From a virus (taxonomy: Duplodnaviria; Caudoviricetes): DNA of 64,000 nt. Shown here in pieces: positions 28,905 to 39,022 of the stretch. The notes under the pieces are model-generated. The model worked only from the letters and a program-made list of their open reading frames with translations, had not been told where the DNA came from and did not search any database. Each line of letters opens with the position of its first letter. Position 1 is the stretch's first letter. The stretch spans positions 96,001-160,000 of the IMG/VR virus record IMGVR_UViG_3300033067_002132; one strand, written 5' to 3'. Both the position numbers and the translations under genes were made by a program.

Positions 28905-29429
28905 TTAATTTTCTTCGTATCTTAAAGTTAATCCTACTGTAGCAGTATCACCCGCGGAAGCAGCAATTGTAGTAATTAATTGTGTTGCAAGATAACAACT
29001 AAAAGCAGGGTTAGAAGTAGTAGAAGCGGATTTTCCTGCGGCTTCCGGACCAGTAGCGCCAAAAGTTACAGCTAATCCTGTACTAATATCACCTGTGGGC
29101 GTAAAATCAATCCATGTGCCACTTGCAAGAATACTAGGTGTTGAATAAAAGGTTCCTGTATATGTTCTTAATGTTAATCCTGCGCCTAACGTACCAGAAG
29201 TATGTTGCCATAATCCATTAGTGATTTGATTATAAGTACCACTAAAGACACCAAATTGAAATTTATGAAAAGATGCATTTCCTGCACTCACAGGAACAGA
29301 TGAATATGCAGTTGTTGAATCATCTATATTTTTCCAATTACATTCAGAACGGCTAGGTGTACGTGTTGTACCTTTTGGTGGTGAACCGGCTGCGGTTCCG
29401 TTGTCTTCGCCGAAATAAAATATTGACAT
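28905..29429 (-). CDS. Putative virion structural protein (S/T/G/A-rich beta-sandwich)
   Basis: 174 aa ending LTLRYEEN; composition matches the other structural proteins. Confidence 0.5.
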   Translation of the reverse strand: MSIFYFGEDNGTAAGSPPKGTTRTPSRSECNWKNIDDSTTAYSSVPVSAGNASFHKFQFGVFSGTYNQITNGLWQHTSGTLGAGLTLRTYTGTFYSTPSILASGTWIDFTPTGDISTGLAVTFGATGPEAAGKSASTTSNPAFSCYLATQLITTIAASAGDTATVGLTLRYEEN

Positions 29430-29432
29430 AAT

Positions 29433-30203
29433 TTAATTTTTCTCCTTAATTCTATTTAAAATTTTTTCTTTAAAAGTATCATTATTTACTTCTGTTTCTG
29501 TTACTCTTAATAAATTTATTCCGATAGCTTTTAAATATGCAGATTTAGATTTATCTCTTTTAATAGATTTTTCTAAACTATGCCAGTAATCGCCATCTAC
29601 TTCTATTATTAAATTACACATCGGTATATAAAAATCGAATAACATTCTACCTGATACTAAATATTGTTGTATAAATTCTATATTTTGTTCTTTTAAAAAA
29701 TTCGCTGTTTTAATTTCAATTTTAGTAGGTTTAAATAATCCTTGATTTATTCTAGATTTAATACTTGCTTGTCGTAATTTTTCTCTTTTTTCTTCTGTAA
29801 AATTTGATTTAGAGTTTATAGACATTTTTTCTTTTGTTTCTTTAGAATGTGGTTTATTTTTATGCCAATTATTTCCATAAAAATGTTGTTTTTTATCTTC
29901 AGAAAGAATCCAGGTTTTACCCAAACAAGGATGTTTATTATTTTTCATATAATTTAATAATATCAACCTTGATTTTTCTATTTCTTCTGGAGTTCTTATT
30001 CTTTTTTTAGCAGAAATACTAGATTTAATTTTAGTTTCTTTAGATCTAATAAATTTACCTCTTCCCTTTTTTAATTTTAAATGTTTTACTCTTGATTGAA
30101 TACAAGATAAACCTTTATTTATTAATTTTTCTTCTATAATTTGTTTTACCGTTTTATTTTGATAATTTTCTATTAATATTAAATCTTCTTGTTCGGTCCA
30201 CAT
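29433..30203 (-). CDS. Free-standing homing-type endonuclease (NUMOD3 repeats plus Vsr/DUF559 nuclease)
   Basis: N-terminal WTEQEDLIL, HSKETKEKMS-type NUMOD3 repeats, and C-terminal PTKIE...FDFYIP..NLIIEVDGDYWH....RDKSK. Confidence 0.8.
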   Translation of the reverse strand: MWTEQEDLILIENYQNKTVKQIIEEKLINKGLSCIQSRVKHLKLKKGRGKFIRSKETKIKSSISAKKRIRTPEEIEKSRLILLNYMKNNKHPCLGKTWILSEDKKQHFYGNNWHKNKPHSKETKEKMSINSKSNFTEEKREKLRQASIKSRINQGLFKPTKIEIKTANFLKEQNIEFIQQYLVSGRMLFDFYIPMCNLIIEVDGDYWHSLEKSIKRDKSKSAYLKAIGINLLRVTETEVNNDTFKEKILNRIKEKN

Positions 30204-30242
30204 AATAAACCTTTTCCTTAAGATAACGTTTTTTTTTATTCT

Positions 30243-30268
30243 AAAAAAGGCACTATTTCTAGTGCCTT
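30243..30268 (-). terminator. Intrinsic terminator after the major capsid gene
   Basis: Stem aaggcacta-tttc-tagtgcctt ending in a T-run on the minus strand. Confidence 0.8.
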
Positions 30269-30290
30269 CTTTATATTATTTAAATTAAGA

Positions 30291-31379
30291 TTAAACCTTA
30301 ATTCCAACAAGTACGCGACTATCAACACAAGCTCTACCTTCTTCAAGGAATCCCCAGTATCCAGCTTTGTCTTGACGTGCTACATATTGATCATCAACTT
30401 GTGCGGAGAACGTTCCACCGCTATCAGATTGACGAGCAACAGGGCGAATTAAACCTTCACGGCTTAAATCAATACCTACGATAAGTTCGTCAGCGGCAGG
30501 ATCAAAAGATAATGAAGTAAATGTATCGAAAAGAATATTATATTTAGCATTTACACCTAATTCTAATAATTCAGTAATACCTACTCCATAAATTTCTTGT
30601 AATCCAGCACCACGATAAATTTCTTCACGAACATTATCAGGTAATGCGATAGATGTTGCGCCAGAAGATGCTACCGCACCAGAACGAGTATTTACTGGTT
30701 GATAAGCAAATCCGCGAATTTGTTCTTTCATTTCGGGTGAAAGGAAAAGATCGGTTACACCTTTTGAATCAAAACCATTAGGAGTACCCTTATCCCATGC
30801 AGTATTAATTCTTCGTGCGCGTGTTAATAATTTATTTAAATCGTTAACTTGGAAAATATCAGAAGCGGTTGCATCAATAACATGACCTAAACCGTTTGTA
30901 CTTGCTTCAGCAAGAGCTTTTAATGCAACGGCCCAAGCATTACGTTCTTGTTTTACAAGAACTTCTTGAGACATTTTTTCAAGAGCTTTAGCCATAACAT
31001 CTAAGTTTGCTTTACGTGCATATTTTTTATAGAATGCTACAGAAGAATCCAAACGATAAGTATGGAATTTCATTTCAGCAGAACCTTCTACAACGCTTGT
31101 AGGTAATCCACCTGCTACTGTTTGATACCATACTTGAACGTAATTAACGTCTTCGTTGTACCAAAGTTCAATAGGGAAAGAAGGACTATCGTCTTCGTTA
31201 TAAGGAAGATCTCGATAAATTAATGAAGCGGTTCCTGCTTTAGAAAGAATTTTTTCTACAACAATATTAATTATCGCAGCAAACGCTTCTTGAGCTTCAC
31301 GGGCAACCGTTAGATTTTTAGAACCCATTTTTTGAATAAGTTCTCTATTTTGTGGTGTGTCTTTAAGTCTTAGTTTCAT
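30291..31379 (-). CDS. Major capsid protein (HK97-like fold inferred)
   Basis: 362 aa, after the protease/scaffold and decoration genes, with its own terminator. HK97-type landmarks include a long spine helix (DVMAKALEKMSQEVLVKQE), LFLSPE, EIYGV and a C-terminal GYWGFLEEG. Confidence 0.8.
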   Translation of the reverse strand: MKLRLKDTPQNRELIQKMGSKNLTVAREAQEAFAAIINIVVEKILSKAGTASLIYRDLPYNEDDSPSFPIELWYNEDVNYVQVWYQTVAGGLPTSVVEGSAEMKFHTYRLDSSVAFYKKYARKANLDVMAKALEKMSQEVLVKQERNAWAVALKALAEASTNGLGHVIDATASDIFQVNDLNKLLTRARRINTAWDKGTPNGFDSKGVTDLFLSPEMKEQIRGFAYQPVNTRSGAVASSGATSIALPDNVREEIYRGAGLQEIYGVGITELLELGVNAKYNILFDTFTSLSFDPAADELIVGIDLSREGLIRPVARQSDSGGTFSAQVDDQYVARQDKAGYWGFLEEGRACVDSRVLVGIKV

Positions 31380-31413
31380 ATATTTAAATTCCTTTATTTT
31401 TTAAATCACGGGA

Positions 31414-31941
31414 TTATAGGTCTAATTTAACTAAAACGAATCCTCTTGAATCTTTAGGTCCAAGAGCGGTTCCTACTAAATGCGATGCCGCGCCCGTGGT
31501 TGAAAGTGCTCCAGCGGTCCATGTATACAAAGGAGAATTCACTACAACGTTACCTTGAATTCCGCTATATAATACTAATCCGCGTTTTAAAATTGGGACA
31601 GCTTGACCACTAATTACCGCGCCAATAGCCGATGCTTTTGATGGGTTAAATTTAAGTGGTAATCCGTTTTCGTCCGTTTCTCTTACATCTTGTAAAAGTA
31701 AACCTAATGCTGCATCTCCTGAATCACAAGCAGTTACGAAAGAAGGAACCCCGAATCTTTCATTTACTGTATTAGGGTAAGACGCACCGACTGATCCCAT
31801 GAATCTAATTTCTCCTTCGGTTGTCCAACCCACTCCTACTTTAACAAAAGTACCTTTGTTAACTGGAAGTGTGCCGGAATAACCGAACAGATTAATAACA
31901 TCATGTTCACTGTAATCTCTAAATGGTTTTAATGTTGGCAT
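31414..31941 (-). CDS. Capsid decoration/cement protein
   Basis: 175 aa between scaffold and capsid genes; GQAVPILKRG...VGTALG..D..GFVLVKL resembles a beta-tulip. Confidence 0.65.
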   Translation of the reverse strand: MPTLKPFRDYSEHDVINLFGYSGTLPVNKGTFVKVGVGWTTEGEIRFMGSVGASYPNTVNERFGVPSFVTACDSGDAALGLLLQDVRETDENGLPLKFNPSKASAIGAVISGQAVPILKRGLVLYSGIQGNVVVNSPLYTWTAGALSTTGAASHLVGTALGPKDSRGFVLVKLDL

Positions 31942-31968
31942 ATTTTTCTCCTTATATAAATCTTCTTA

Positions 31969-33447
31969 TTATTTGTTATCTCCGAATTCTAATATTATTC
32001 CGTCTTCTAAACTAAATGCTTTCTTCATTTTTTCAGCAATAGTTTGCTCAACGCTTTGAGTATTAGGTATCGAAGATTTTTCTTTATTTCCATTATCTAT
32101 TACATTTCCTACTGTTTCTTGGGAAATTGTTTCAGATGCTTTTACTTTATTTTTTAAAAGTATAGTTAATTTATTTTCGTAATTTTTAAATCCTTCTTCA
32201 TCAAGTTCTTTAATATCTTTAGCAATTACTTCTCGTTCTTCTTTTTCGAATTTAAAAGAACTATCTAATTTAGACATTCTTGAACTAAATACTTCTAATT
32301 TCTCTTGATCTTTTTGTTTTTGATCAATTTCCGCTAGTTTAGTTGTTAAAATAGTTAATTTTTCACTAATTTCTGAATTCGTTTTCTTTAAAGTTTCATG
32401 TTCCGCTTTTAAAGTTTCATAATCTTTTGAAAGTTTTTCTGCTTTTTCTTTTTCCGCGGCTAAAGCTTCTTCTTTTACTTTAGATTCGGATTTTGTTTTT
32501 TCTTCTAAGCTCGAAAGATTTTCATCAATTTGATTTTTAATAAAGTCAGTCATTTCGTTAGCAGTTACTTGCTTCAAAACTTCATCATTTATATCTGATA
32601 GTTTTTTAAGGTTGACCTTCATAATATTATTTGATTCATTGAGATTTACATCTGTTTTAGTTAAATGGGAAGAATTAACTTCATTATCTACTAATTCTTC
32701 TTCTTTTTCTATTTTATTTACCGCTATTCCTTTAACATCAGCAGCGGGTTTTTCTGTTAATCCTATTCCTAAGGGTAAAACCTCTCCCTTCGCTAATCTA
32801 TAAATACGTGTTTTTTCATCAATTTTTCCTGATCCACCTAATCCTTTTAAATTCATTTCTATAGCTAACATTTCTTTAGGATCTTCAATTATTGTTTTTG
32901 CGTCTTCTAGATTTCTTGAATCTCCTTCTATTAATACGAGAGAATAATCCGAAAAACCAACTTCCCAACTTGCTGAAACTTTTTGATAAAAATCTGAAGT
33001 TTCGTCGTTTGTTTCTTCTATTATGTCTGTTATTTTTTCGTTTATTGTTCTCCATAAAATTCCACCTAAAGTTACATTAAATGGTTTTTTAATATCTTTT
33101 AAATCTTCTATATTTAAAGATTTATCTGTTCCATATTCAGAAAAATTGGCGGTTAATACAACTCCGATTATTGATTGTCTATTATGCTCTATATTAATTG
33201 GCTTATTAATAAATAAATTAGCCATATTAATGGCTGTTTCTGTATCTACCCCATCGCCATTTTTATTAAATTTATTAGCAACAAAAGCATTAAATACAAC
33301 AGGTAATAAATCAATATTTTTTTCTGTATCTATTTTAGGTAAATAATTTCTTAAAGTATCCAAAGATGCTAATGATAAATATTTATCTTTTTCAGAAGAT
33401 ACTATTGGCGTTATATGTGAACTAAATAATATTTTAAATTTAGACAT
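31969..33447 (-). CDS. Prohead protease fused to scaffolding coiled coil
   Basis: NKNGDG, KPINIEH, SASWEVGF and GIGLTEKPA are protease motifs; an E/K-rich coiled-coil C-terminal half follows. Confidence 0.8.
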   Translation of the reverse strand: MSKFKILFSSHITPIVSSEKDKYLSLASLDTLRNYLPKIDTEKNIDLLPVVFNAFVANKFNKNGDGVDTETAINMANLFINKPINIEHNRQSIIGVVLTANFSEYGTDKSLNIEDLKDIKKPFNVTLGGILWRTINEKITDIIEETNDETSDFYQKVSASWEVGFSDYSLVLIEGDSRNLEDAKTIIEDPKEMLAIEMNLKGLGGSGKIDEKTRIYRLAKGEVLPLGIGLTEKPAADVKGIAVNKIEKEEELVDNEVNSSHLTKTDVNLNESNNIMKVNLKKLSDINDEVLKQVTANEMTDFIKNQIDENLSSLEEKTKSESKVKEEALAAEKEKAEKLSKDYETLKAEHETLKKTNSEISEKLTILTTKLAEIDQKQKDQEKLEVFSSRMSKLDSSFKFEKEEREVIAKDIKELDEEGFKNYENKLTILLKNKVKASETISQETVGNVIDNGNKEKSSIPNTQSVEQTIAEKMKKAFSLEDGIILEFGDNK

Positions 33448-33453
33448 ATTTTA

Positions 33454-33840
33454 TTAAATATCCTCTCCATTTAAACTTGCATAAATAGTTCTTTTTTCTA
33501 CTTGATAATCACCATCTAAACCTAAAGTTTTTAAAGCTTTACTCATAGCAGACGCGCCTTCAATTGGGGGTAAATGACCTACAGAATGTTCCATTTCATA
33601 TTTATATAAAGAAGATTCTATATAAGATAAATAACTATACATATTTTGCATCATAGAATAAATATAATCTATTTGTCCTGCGTTTTCTTCGCAACAACAA
33701 TCACAACATGGCATTCCTTCGCTTTCTGGTTGAGCCATATCATCCGCTTTAATTGTGTGTTTATGCGCTTTTAAATAAGAAATAGCTGAATTACGAAGAT
33801 TTGCCTTTAATTCTTTAAGTTTTGTTAAATCTTGTTTCAT
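33454..33840 (-). CDS. Hypothetical protein with a Cys cluster (CCDCCC)
   Basis: First gene of the head operon, downstream of the GTGTAA-loop hairpin. Confidence 0.55.
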   Translation of the reverse strand: MKQDLTKLKELKANLRNSAISYLKAHKHTIKADDMAQPESEGMPCCDCCCEENAGQIDYIYSMMQNMYSYLSYIESSLYKYEMEHSVGHLPPIEGASAMSKALKTLGLDGDYQVEKRTIYASLNGEDI

Positions 33841-33851
33841 AAAAATAAAAA

Positions 33852-33882
33852 TTCTACCAATATTTACACAATATTGGTAGAA
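33852..33882 (-). promoter_or_regulatory. Perfect 13-bp inverted repeat with GTGTAA (33864-33869) at its loop; possible terminator and promoter
   Basis: ttctaccaatatt-tacac-aatattggtagaa, followed on the minus strand by TTTTTATTTTT and the ATG at 33840. Confidence 0.65.
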
Positions 33883-33906
33883 AATCGAACTTTATGTGTA
33901 TTAATT

Positions 33907-36051
33907 TTAAATTAACTTATTAATTTGTTCTATAACCATTTCGGGCGTAATTTCTTTTGTACATTCAAAATGTTTATCTGTTCCTTTATAAACCGGACAC
34001 CATTCCCAATCACCACGATCAAATTCAAATCTATTATCATTAAAACATCCATGACATACATTTTTATTAATTACTCTATATGGAGTTTGAAATTCACTAA
34101 AAGTATGAGAAAAACCACTAATTAAAATAGTAGATTTATTTAAAGCCCAAGATAACCACGATAAACCCGAACCTAATCCTATATTAAAATCCGCATCTTT
34201 AATATATTTAGCAATTTCTATTAATGATTCATTATGTATGTCTATAACACCATTAAATCCAGAAAGACTGTTTTCTTTAATAGCTAAAACTTTATATCCT
34301 TTATTATTTAAATAATTTATAATATTTTGCCATCCTTTATGTCTATTCCAATATTTTGCTTGTGCAGTAGATTCAGTAAAAAGACAAACATATTTATCTT
34401 TAATTTTCCTTTCATTATTAGGAATAAATATATTTGGTTTTAATTCAATAAAATCTAATCCAAGAATATCTGAAGCAATTTTTTGTAATGGAATTAATCT
34501 AGGATCATTTTTATGTATATTTTTATCTAAATAATTAAAAATACCTAAACGATAAGACGCATATAAATTATCAACAGTTGATCCAGGCTCAACAAATTCC
34601 ATATGACTATAAGTATTCTTAAAGAAATAATTATGAAAAGTAGAAACAACACAATGACAACTATGTTTTTTTCTAAATTCTTCTACATATGGAAACCAAG
34701 CCAATGTGTCGCCTAATGCACGACTTTCAAAAGCAAAGAAAACTCTTTTATTAAAACAAGAAAAAACATGTTCAAACAAAAAATTTTCTGATTCTGCTTT
34801 TATTTTATAGTTTGTAAAATCTTGTTTAGAAGATTTGGCCCAACTATTATTTCCTATTGTGGTTTGATATAAAATAGAATTAGAATCTTGATCAATAAAA
34901 GAAATTTTATTTAATCCCTCGTCTTTATTTTTTATTTCGATGAAAGCACCATCTATAAAATTAATAGATATTATTGGTTTAGAAGGTAATGGAGAGTTTT
35001 TTATTTCTTCTTTTTTTCTATAATCTGTATTATATATAAAATCTAATTTTCGTTCAAAAATATGTTGGCTATTTAAATAAAATTTTGAATTTCGAAATTT
35101 ATTATTAATATATTGATTATATAAATCTAAAGTTTTTTGTCCTGTTAATTTCCAATCATATTTCAAAGCGATTTCTCTTGCTTTAGATTGATACGATTGA
35201 TAATTACTTAAAATGATTTTAATTCCTTCGATAATTTCATTTTCATCTCTAGATGTTTTAATTATATCTTTTTCTCCTCCCCAATAACAACCAACAAAAG
35301 GAAGTCCGGTTGACATTGATTCGATCATTGTCAAATTAGGATGACCGGTTTCTATATTTGAAGGATGAAGAAAAATATGATGATCTTGATATAATTTAAT
35401 TAATTCTGATTCATTTTTGTCATATACAATATTTAATTTTGGATAATCTATAATGTTAACATCAAAAAAATCTTTATTACTATTGGTCGGTCCTGCGATT
35501 GTAATAAAATAATTTAATCTTTTTGCTACATTGATAGCAGGAAGAAAACCCTTTCGATCTTCTGTTTTATTTCTAAGAGTTCCATTATTAGCAACACATA
35601 ATAATTTAACATTATCGATAGGTGTTTTTCTTTCATAAAAAGAATATAGATTCGTATCTACTCCTAAAGGAAGAAAAACAGTATTTTCTCTAAAATCAAA
35701 ATAAGATAATAAAAATTCTCCAGGAAAAGTAGTAATAATAGATTTATCTATTGCCTCGCAATTATTTAAATAAACCTGAGATTCTTTTCCATATATACAA
35801 GCATGATGATCACACATCGAAAAGAAATATGGAATTCCTAAAGAAGCAAGTTCTCTAGCTTGATTTTCTATATAAACATGAACTATATCAAATTCTTTAT
35901 TTAAAAGTCTTTGATCGTGTAAATCAACAATGAAAAATTCATGACCTAAAGATTCGAAAAATAATTTATAATTCCAAATCATTTTTTCGATTGCTCCCCA
36001 ATTTTTAGGTGGGATTTCAATATTTCCTGTTAAAATATGCGCTATTTTCAT
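33907..36051 (-). CDS. GT4 glycosyltransferase fused to an Aah/TibC-family protein O-heptosyltransferase
   Basis: N-terminal GT-B (IPPKNWGAIE; HPSNIETGHPNLTMIESMSTGLP). The C-terminal half has RALGDTLAWFPYVEEF, TAQAKYWN..GW, FNIGLGSGLSWLSWA, LISGFS and the Cys motif VCHGCFN...WCP...FECTK typical of TibC/Aah. Confidence 0.85.
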   Translation of the reverse strand: MKIAHILTGNIEIPPKNWGAIEKMIWNYKLFFESLGHEFFIVDLHDQRLLNKEFDIVHVYIENQARELASLGIPYFFSMCDHHACIYGKESQVYLNNCEAIDKSIITTFPGEFLLSYFDFRENTVFLPLGVDTNLYSFYERKTPIDNVKLLCVANNGTLRNKTEDRKGFLPAINVAKRLNYFITIAGPTNSNKDFFDVNIIDYPKLNIVYDKNESELIKLYQDHHIFLHPSNIETGHPNLTMIESMSTGLPFVGCYWGGEKDIIKTSRDENEIIEGIKIILSNYQSYQSKAREIALKYDWKLTGQKTLDLYNQYINNKFRNSKFYLNSQHIFERKLDFIYNTDYRKKEEIKNSPLPSKPIISINFIDGAFIEIKNKDEGLNKISFIDQDSNSILYQTTIGNNSWAKSSKQDFTNYKIKAESENFLFEHVFSCFNKRVFFAFESRALGDTLAWFPYVEEFRKKHSCHCVVSTFHNYFFKNTYSHMEFVEPGSTVDNLYASYRLGIFNYLDKNIHKNDPRLIPLQKIASDILGLDFIELKPNIFIPNNERKIKDKYVCLFTESTAQAKYWNRHKGWQNIINYLNNKGYKVLAIKENSLSGFNGVIDIHNESLIEIAKYIKDADFNIGLGSGLSWLSWALNKSTILISGFSHTFSEFQTPYRVINKNVCHGCFNDNRFEFDRGDWEWCPVYKGTDKHFECTKEITPEMVIEQINKLI

Positions 36052-36317
36052 TGTAAATTATTTAAATATTCAGCGATAATATCTCCATGACAAATTTGAG
36101 GAGAACAAAAACAACCAAGTTTTTTATCTTTTAATTTTAATACAGCTTCTTTAAATATAGGATCTTTTTCTATTCTATGATTAAAATAACTACGATATTT
36201 TTCTATTACTTCTTTTCTTTTTCCATGCGTTCCTATTACATATGGATTTCCAAATAAACTTGGTCTTCCTATATAAACATCATATTTATCTAAATTTTTA
36301 TTTACTACGGTTGTCAT
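36048..36317 (-). CDS. DUF4326-family protein
   Basis: DVYIGRPSLFGNPY...LGCFCSPQICHGDII; coupled to both neighbours by ATGA overlaps. Confidence 0.8.
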   Translation of the reverse strand: MTTVVNKNLDKYDVYIGRPSLFGNPYVIGTHGKRKEVIEKYRSYFNHRIEKDPIFKEAVLKLKDKKLGCFCSPQICHGDIIAEYLNNLQ

Positions 36318-39004
36318 ACTTTTTTATGTCCTAACCAATTATTTAAACTTTCTTTTTTATCAAGTAAAGAAAATCCTTTTGCTTGCATAAATTGATAATT
36401 TTTAATTGTTCCTAATTTTTCTCCTTTTAAATAATCACTTACCCAAATATCAAAAACATCCCAAGGTGTTGTTTCTAATAATTCTTTGACTCTTTGATAA
36501 TTCGATTTTGTAATTAGATATGCATGCATTTCATAAATATTAGAACTTATATAATAAAGACCCATATCTTTAGTATCTTCATTATTATAAGCGGGACCGA
36601 AACTAAATAATCTAATTTTATATTTTTCAATATCATTATATAATCCATCTAATAATTCTATAAAAATATTTGGATCAGAAATTAAAACAGAATCACATTC
36701 AAAAATTAATAAACCATCTAATCCTTCTTCCCATTCATTTAAAATAGCATTTTTATGCGCTAAATAACATCCGTAATGACCAGGGGTTAATTTCATATGC
36801 CCAGGATCTAAACTAATATCATTTGGTCTAGAACAATTTTCTTTTGGGGGTAATAATGTATATGGATTATTTATATTTTGTTTATATTTTATTCCATATC
36901 TTTCTAATTGTTTAATCGATAGAATAGATTTCTTTTCTCTTTCAACTTCTGGTTGAGATAATAAATGGACACCTTTCAATTTAAATTTTGTTTTAATAGT
37001 ATTATTTTTTTTATTATGACAAATTAAAATAACATTTTCACAATTTGAATTAATAACATCGGTGATAACATCGCCAGCTTGACTATAAGATTCTATTTCA
37101 AAATTTAGTCTATTTAATTTATCTAATAGAATTTTTGTTTCTTCTTTTTTACTACTTAAATGGTGCAATTCTATTATTAATTCTTCTGTATTTATTAAAA
37201 CGTCATCATTTAAATATTCAATAACTTCATATTCTAATCCTTCTATATCTATTTTAATAAGATTAATAGGATAAGAAATTTTTTGTGTTTCAATAATATT
37301 TTCTATTGTATCAACATCTACAATTTCTAAGTCATAACCATCTTTATATTGAGGAATTTTATCTATTTGTTCTTTTAACATAGAACAAAGAGTAGTATTT
37401 TCTTTACAAAAATATAATACTTCTTGATTTGTTGTTTTCCCTATTGCTTTTTTAATAGGAATAACTCTTGAATCATTAGAAAAATTATTAACCAATGCAT
37501 TATATGCTCTTAGATTTGGTTCAATAGAATATATTTTTTTAGCGCCTTTAGATAAAGCAAACCGTGTAAAAACACCGCAATTAGCCCCTATATCAATTAC
37601 TGTATTATTAATTTTATCATTTAATGTAGTATATTTTTTTAAATAAAAGAATTCATAATAATTATACCATGTTGGATCTATATGATTAGAACCATTAAAT
37701 ATAAATGAATCATATGCTATCGCTTTATTATTAATAATTAATTCTTTTGATTCAATTAATTGATTATTTTGATCCCAAAATTCTATTAGAAAACCTTTAA
37801 AATTATTTAAATGACCAAAATTTAAATTTCCTACAGGGATAACCCAATATTCTAAATTTTCTATTATATCAGATTCATAACTATGAATAACGAGTTTAGT
37901 AAAAATATCTTTAATACTTATTCGAATATTATTTAAACTTTTTGATATAGAAAAATATATTTTATTTTCATCTTTAGAATAATAAAGATTATTAAAAGTT
38001 TCTTTTTTATTAAAAATAGAAAGATTATTTTTTTGTCTTATTTTCCATTGATTATAAAAGAAATTGATCTGATTTATACGATCTTCTTCATTTTCTGAAA
38101 GAAAGAAAACATTATCAGTATTATCATACATTCCATTATATACATCTAAATTATATAGTAAAATTGGTAAATTATAGCTTATTGCTTCTCTAATTACTAA
38201 AGGATTTGTTTCTTTATTATTAATATTTCCTTTTGAAGCAAAATAAAATAAATCCGCTGCATTATAAAAATTTTCTACATCTTTTCTTTCACCCCAAAGT
38301 TTACAATTTTTTGGTAAATTTTCTAATAATGGTTTCCAATAATATTCAAAATTTGGTGCAGTATTTCCTACAAAATGAAACATTATTTCTTTATCAAGAA
38401 AGAATTTTGCTATATTAATAATTTCTTTTTGATTTTTTCTTTCTGTAAATAAACCAATATTAATTATATGAAATTTATTATCATTTAATCCAAGATTTTT
38501 TAATCCCTGATTTTTATTTTTATTAATATGAATTAATGGATATTCTACTAATTCCATAGGAATATTTAAAGATTTAAATAAATCTATTTGATATTTACTT
38601 ACAAATACAAATTTATTAGGAAAGTATTTTTTATTATTTATATCAAAAGACGAATCATGAGATGTTTCATAAATTTGATATTTTCGATTTATTGTATAAA
38701 TATTATCTGCTAATTCTTTAGATAAAAAATATTCGGGCATTTCTTCTAAATGAATTATATCAGGATTAAAATCTTTAATTATATTAATTAATATATTTTT
38801 ATCTTGACCTAAACTAATAAATTGATCTTGATTTAATAATTCTATAATTTGATTTTTTTGAATCGTATATTCATCAGAAACATTATCATATTCTATAACT
38901 TTAACATCAAAGTTATTTATTAAATATTTTAATTTTGTTAAAAAATATTGAGGGCATCCACCAGTAGAAAGATGCGGAACTATACATAAAATTCGATTCG
39001 TCAT
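36314..39004 (-). CDS. Multidomain GT4 glycosyltransferase / FkbM methyltransferase / GT25-like protein
   Basis: HLSTGGCPQY, GLFTERKNQ and ETNPLVIREA (GT4); VIDIGANCGVF and IKIDIEGLE (FkbM); GHYGCYLAH...LIFECD (GT25-like). Confidence 0.8.
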   Translation of the reverse strand: MTNRILCIVPHLSTGGCPQYFLTKLKYLINNFDVKVIEYDNVSDEYTIQKNQIIELLNQDQFISLGQDKNILINIIKDFNPDIIHLEEMPEYFLSKELADNIYTINRKYQIYETSHDSSFDINNKKYFPNKFVFVSKYQIDLFKSLNIPMELVEYPLIHINKNKNQGLKNLGLNDNKFHIINIGLFTERKNQKEIINIAKFFLDKEIMFHFVGNTAPNFEYYWKPLLENLPKNCKLWGERKDVENFYNAADLFYFASKGNINNKETNPLVIREAISYNLPILLYNLDVYNGMYDNTDNVFFLSENEEDRINQINFFYNQWKIRQKNNLSIFNKKETFNNLYYSKDENKIYFSISKSLNNIRISIKDIFTKLVIHSYESDIIENLEYWVIPVGNLNFGHLNNFKGFLIEFWDQNNQLIESKELIINNKAIAYDSFIFNGSNHIDPTWYNYYEFFYLKKYTTLNDKINNTVIDIGANCGVFTRFALSKGAKKIYSIEPNLRAYNALVNNFSNDSRVIPIKKAIGKTTNQEVLYFCKENTTLCSMLKEQIDKIPQYKDGYDLEIVDVDTIENIIETQKISYPINLIKIDIEGLEYEVIEYLNDDVLINTEELIIELHHLSSKKEETKILLDKLNRLNFEIESYSQAGDVITDVINSNCENVILICHNKKNNTIKTKFKLKGVHLLSQPEVEREKKSILSIKQLERYGIKYKQNINNPYTLLPPKENCSRPNDISLDPGHMKLTPGHYGCYLAHKNAILNEWEEGLDGLLIFECDSVLISDPNIFIELLDGLYNDIEKYKIRLFSFGPAYNNEDTKDMGLYYISSNIYEMHAYLITKSNYQRVKELLETTPWDVFDIWVSDYLKGEKLGTIKNYQFMQAKGFSLLDKKESLNNWLGHKKV

Positions 39005-39022
39005 CGTAGATATTATAATCTA

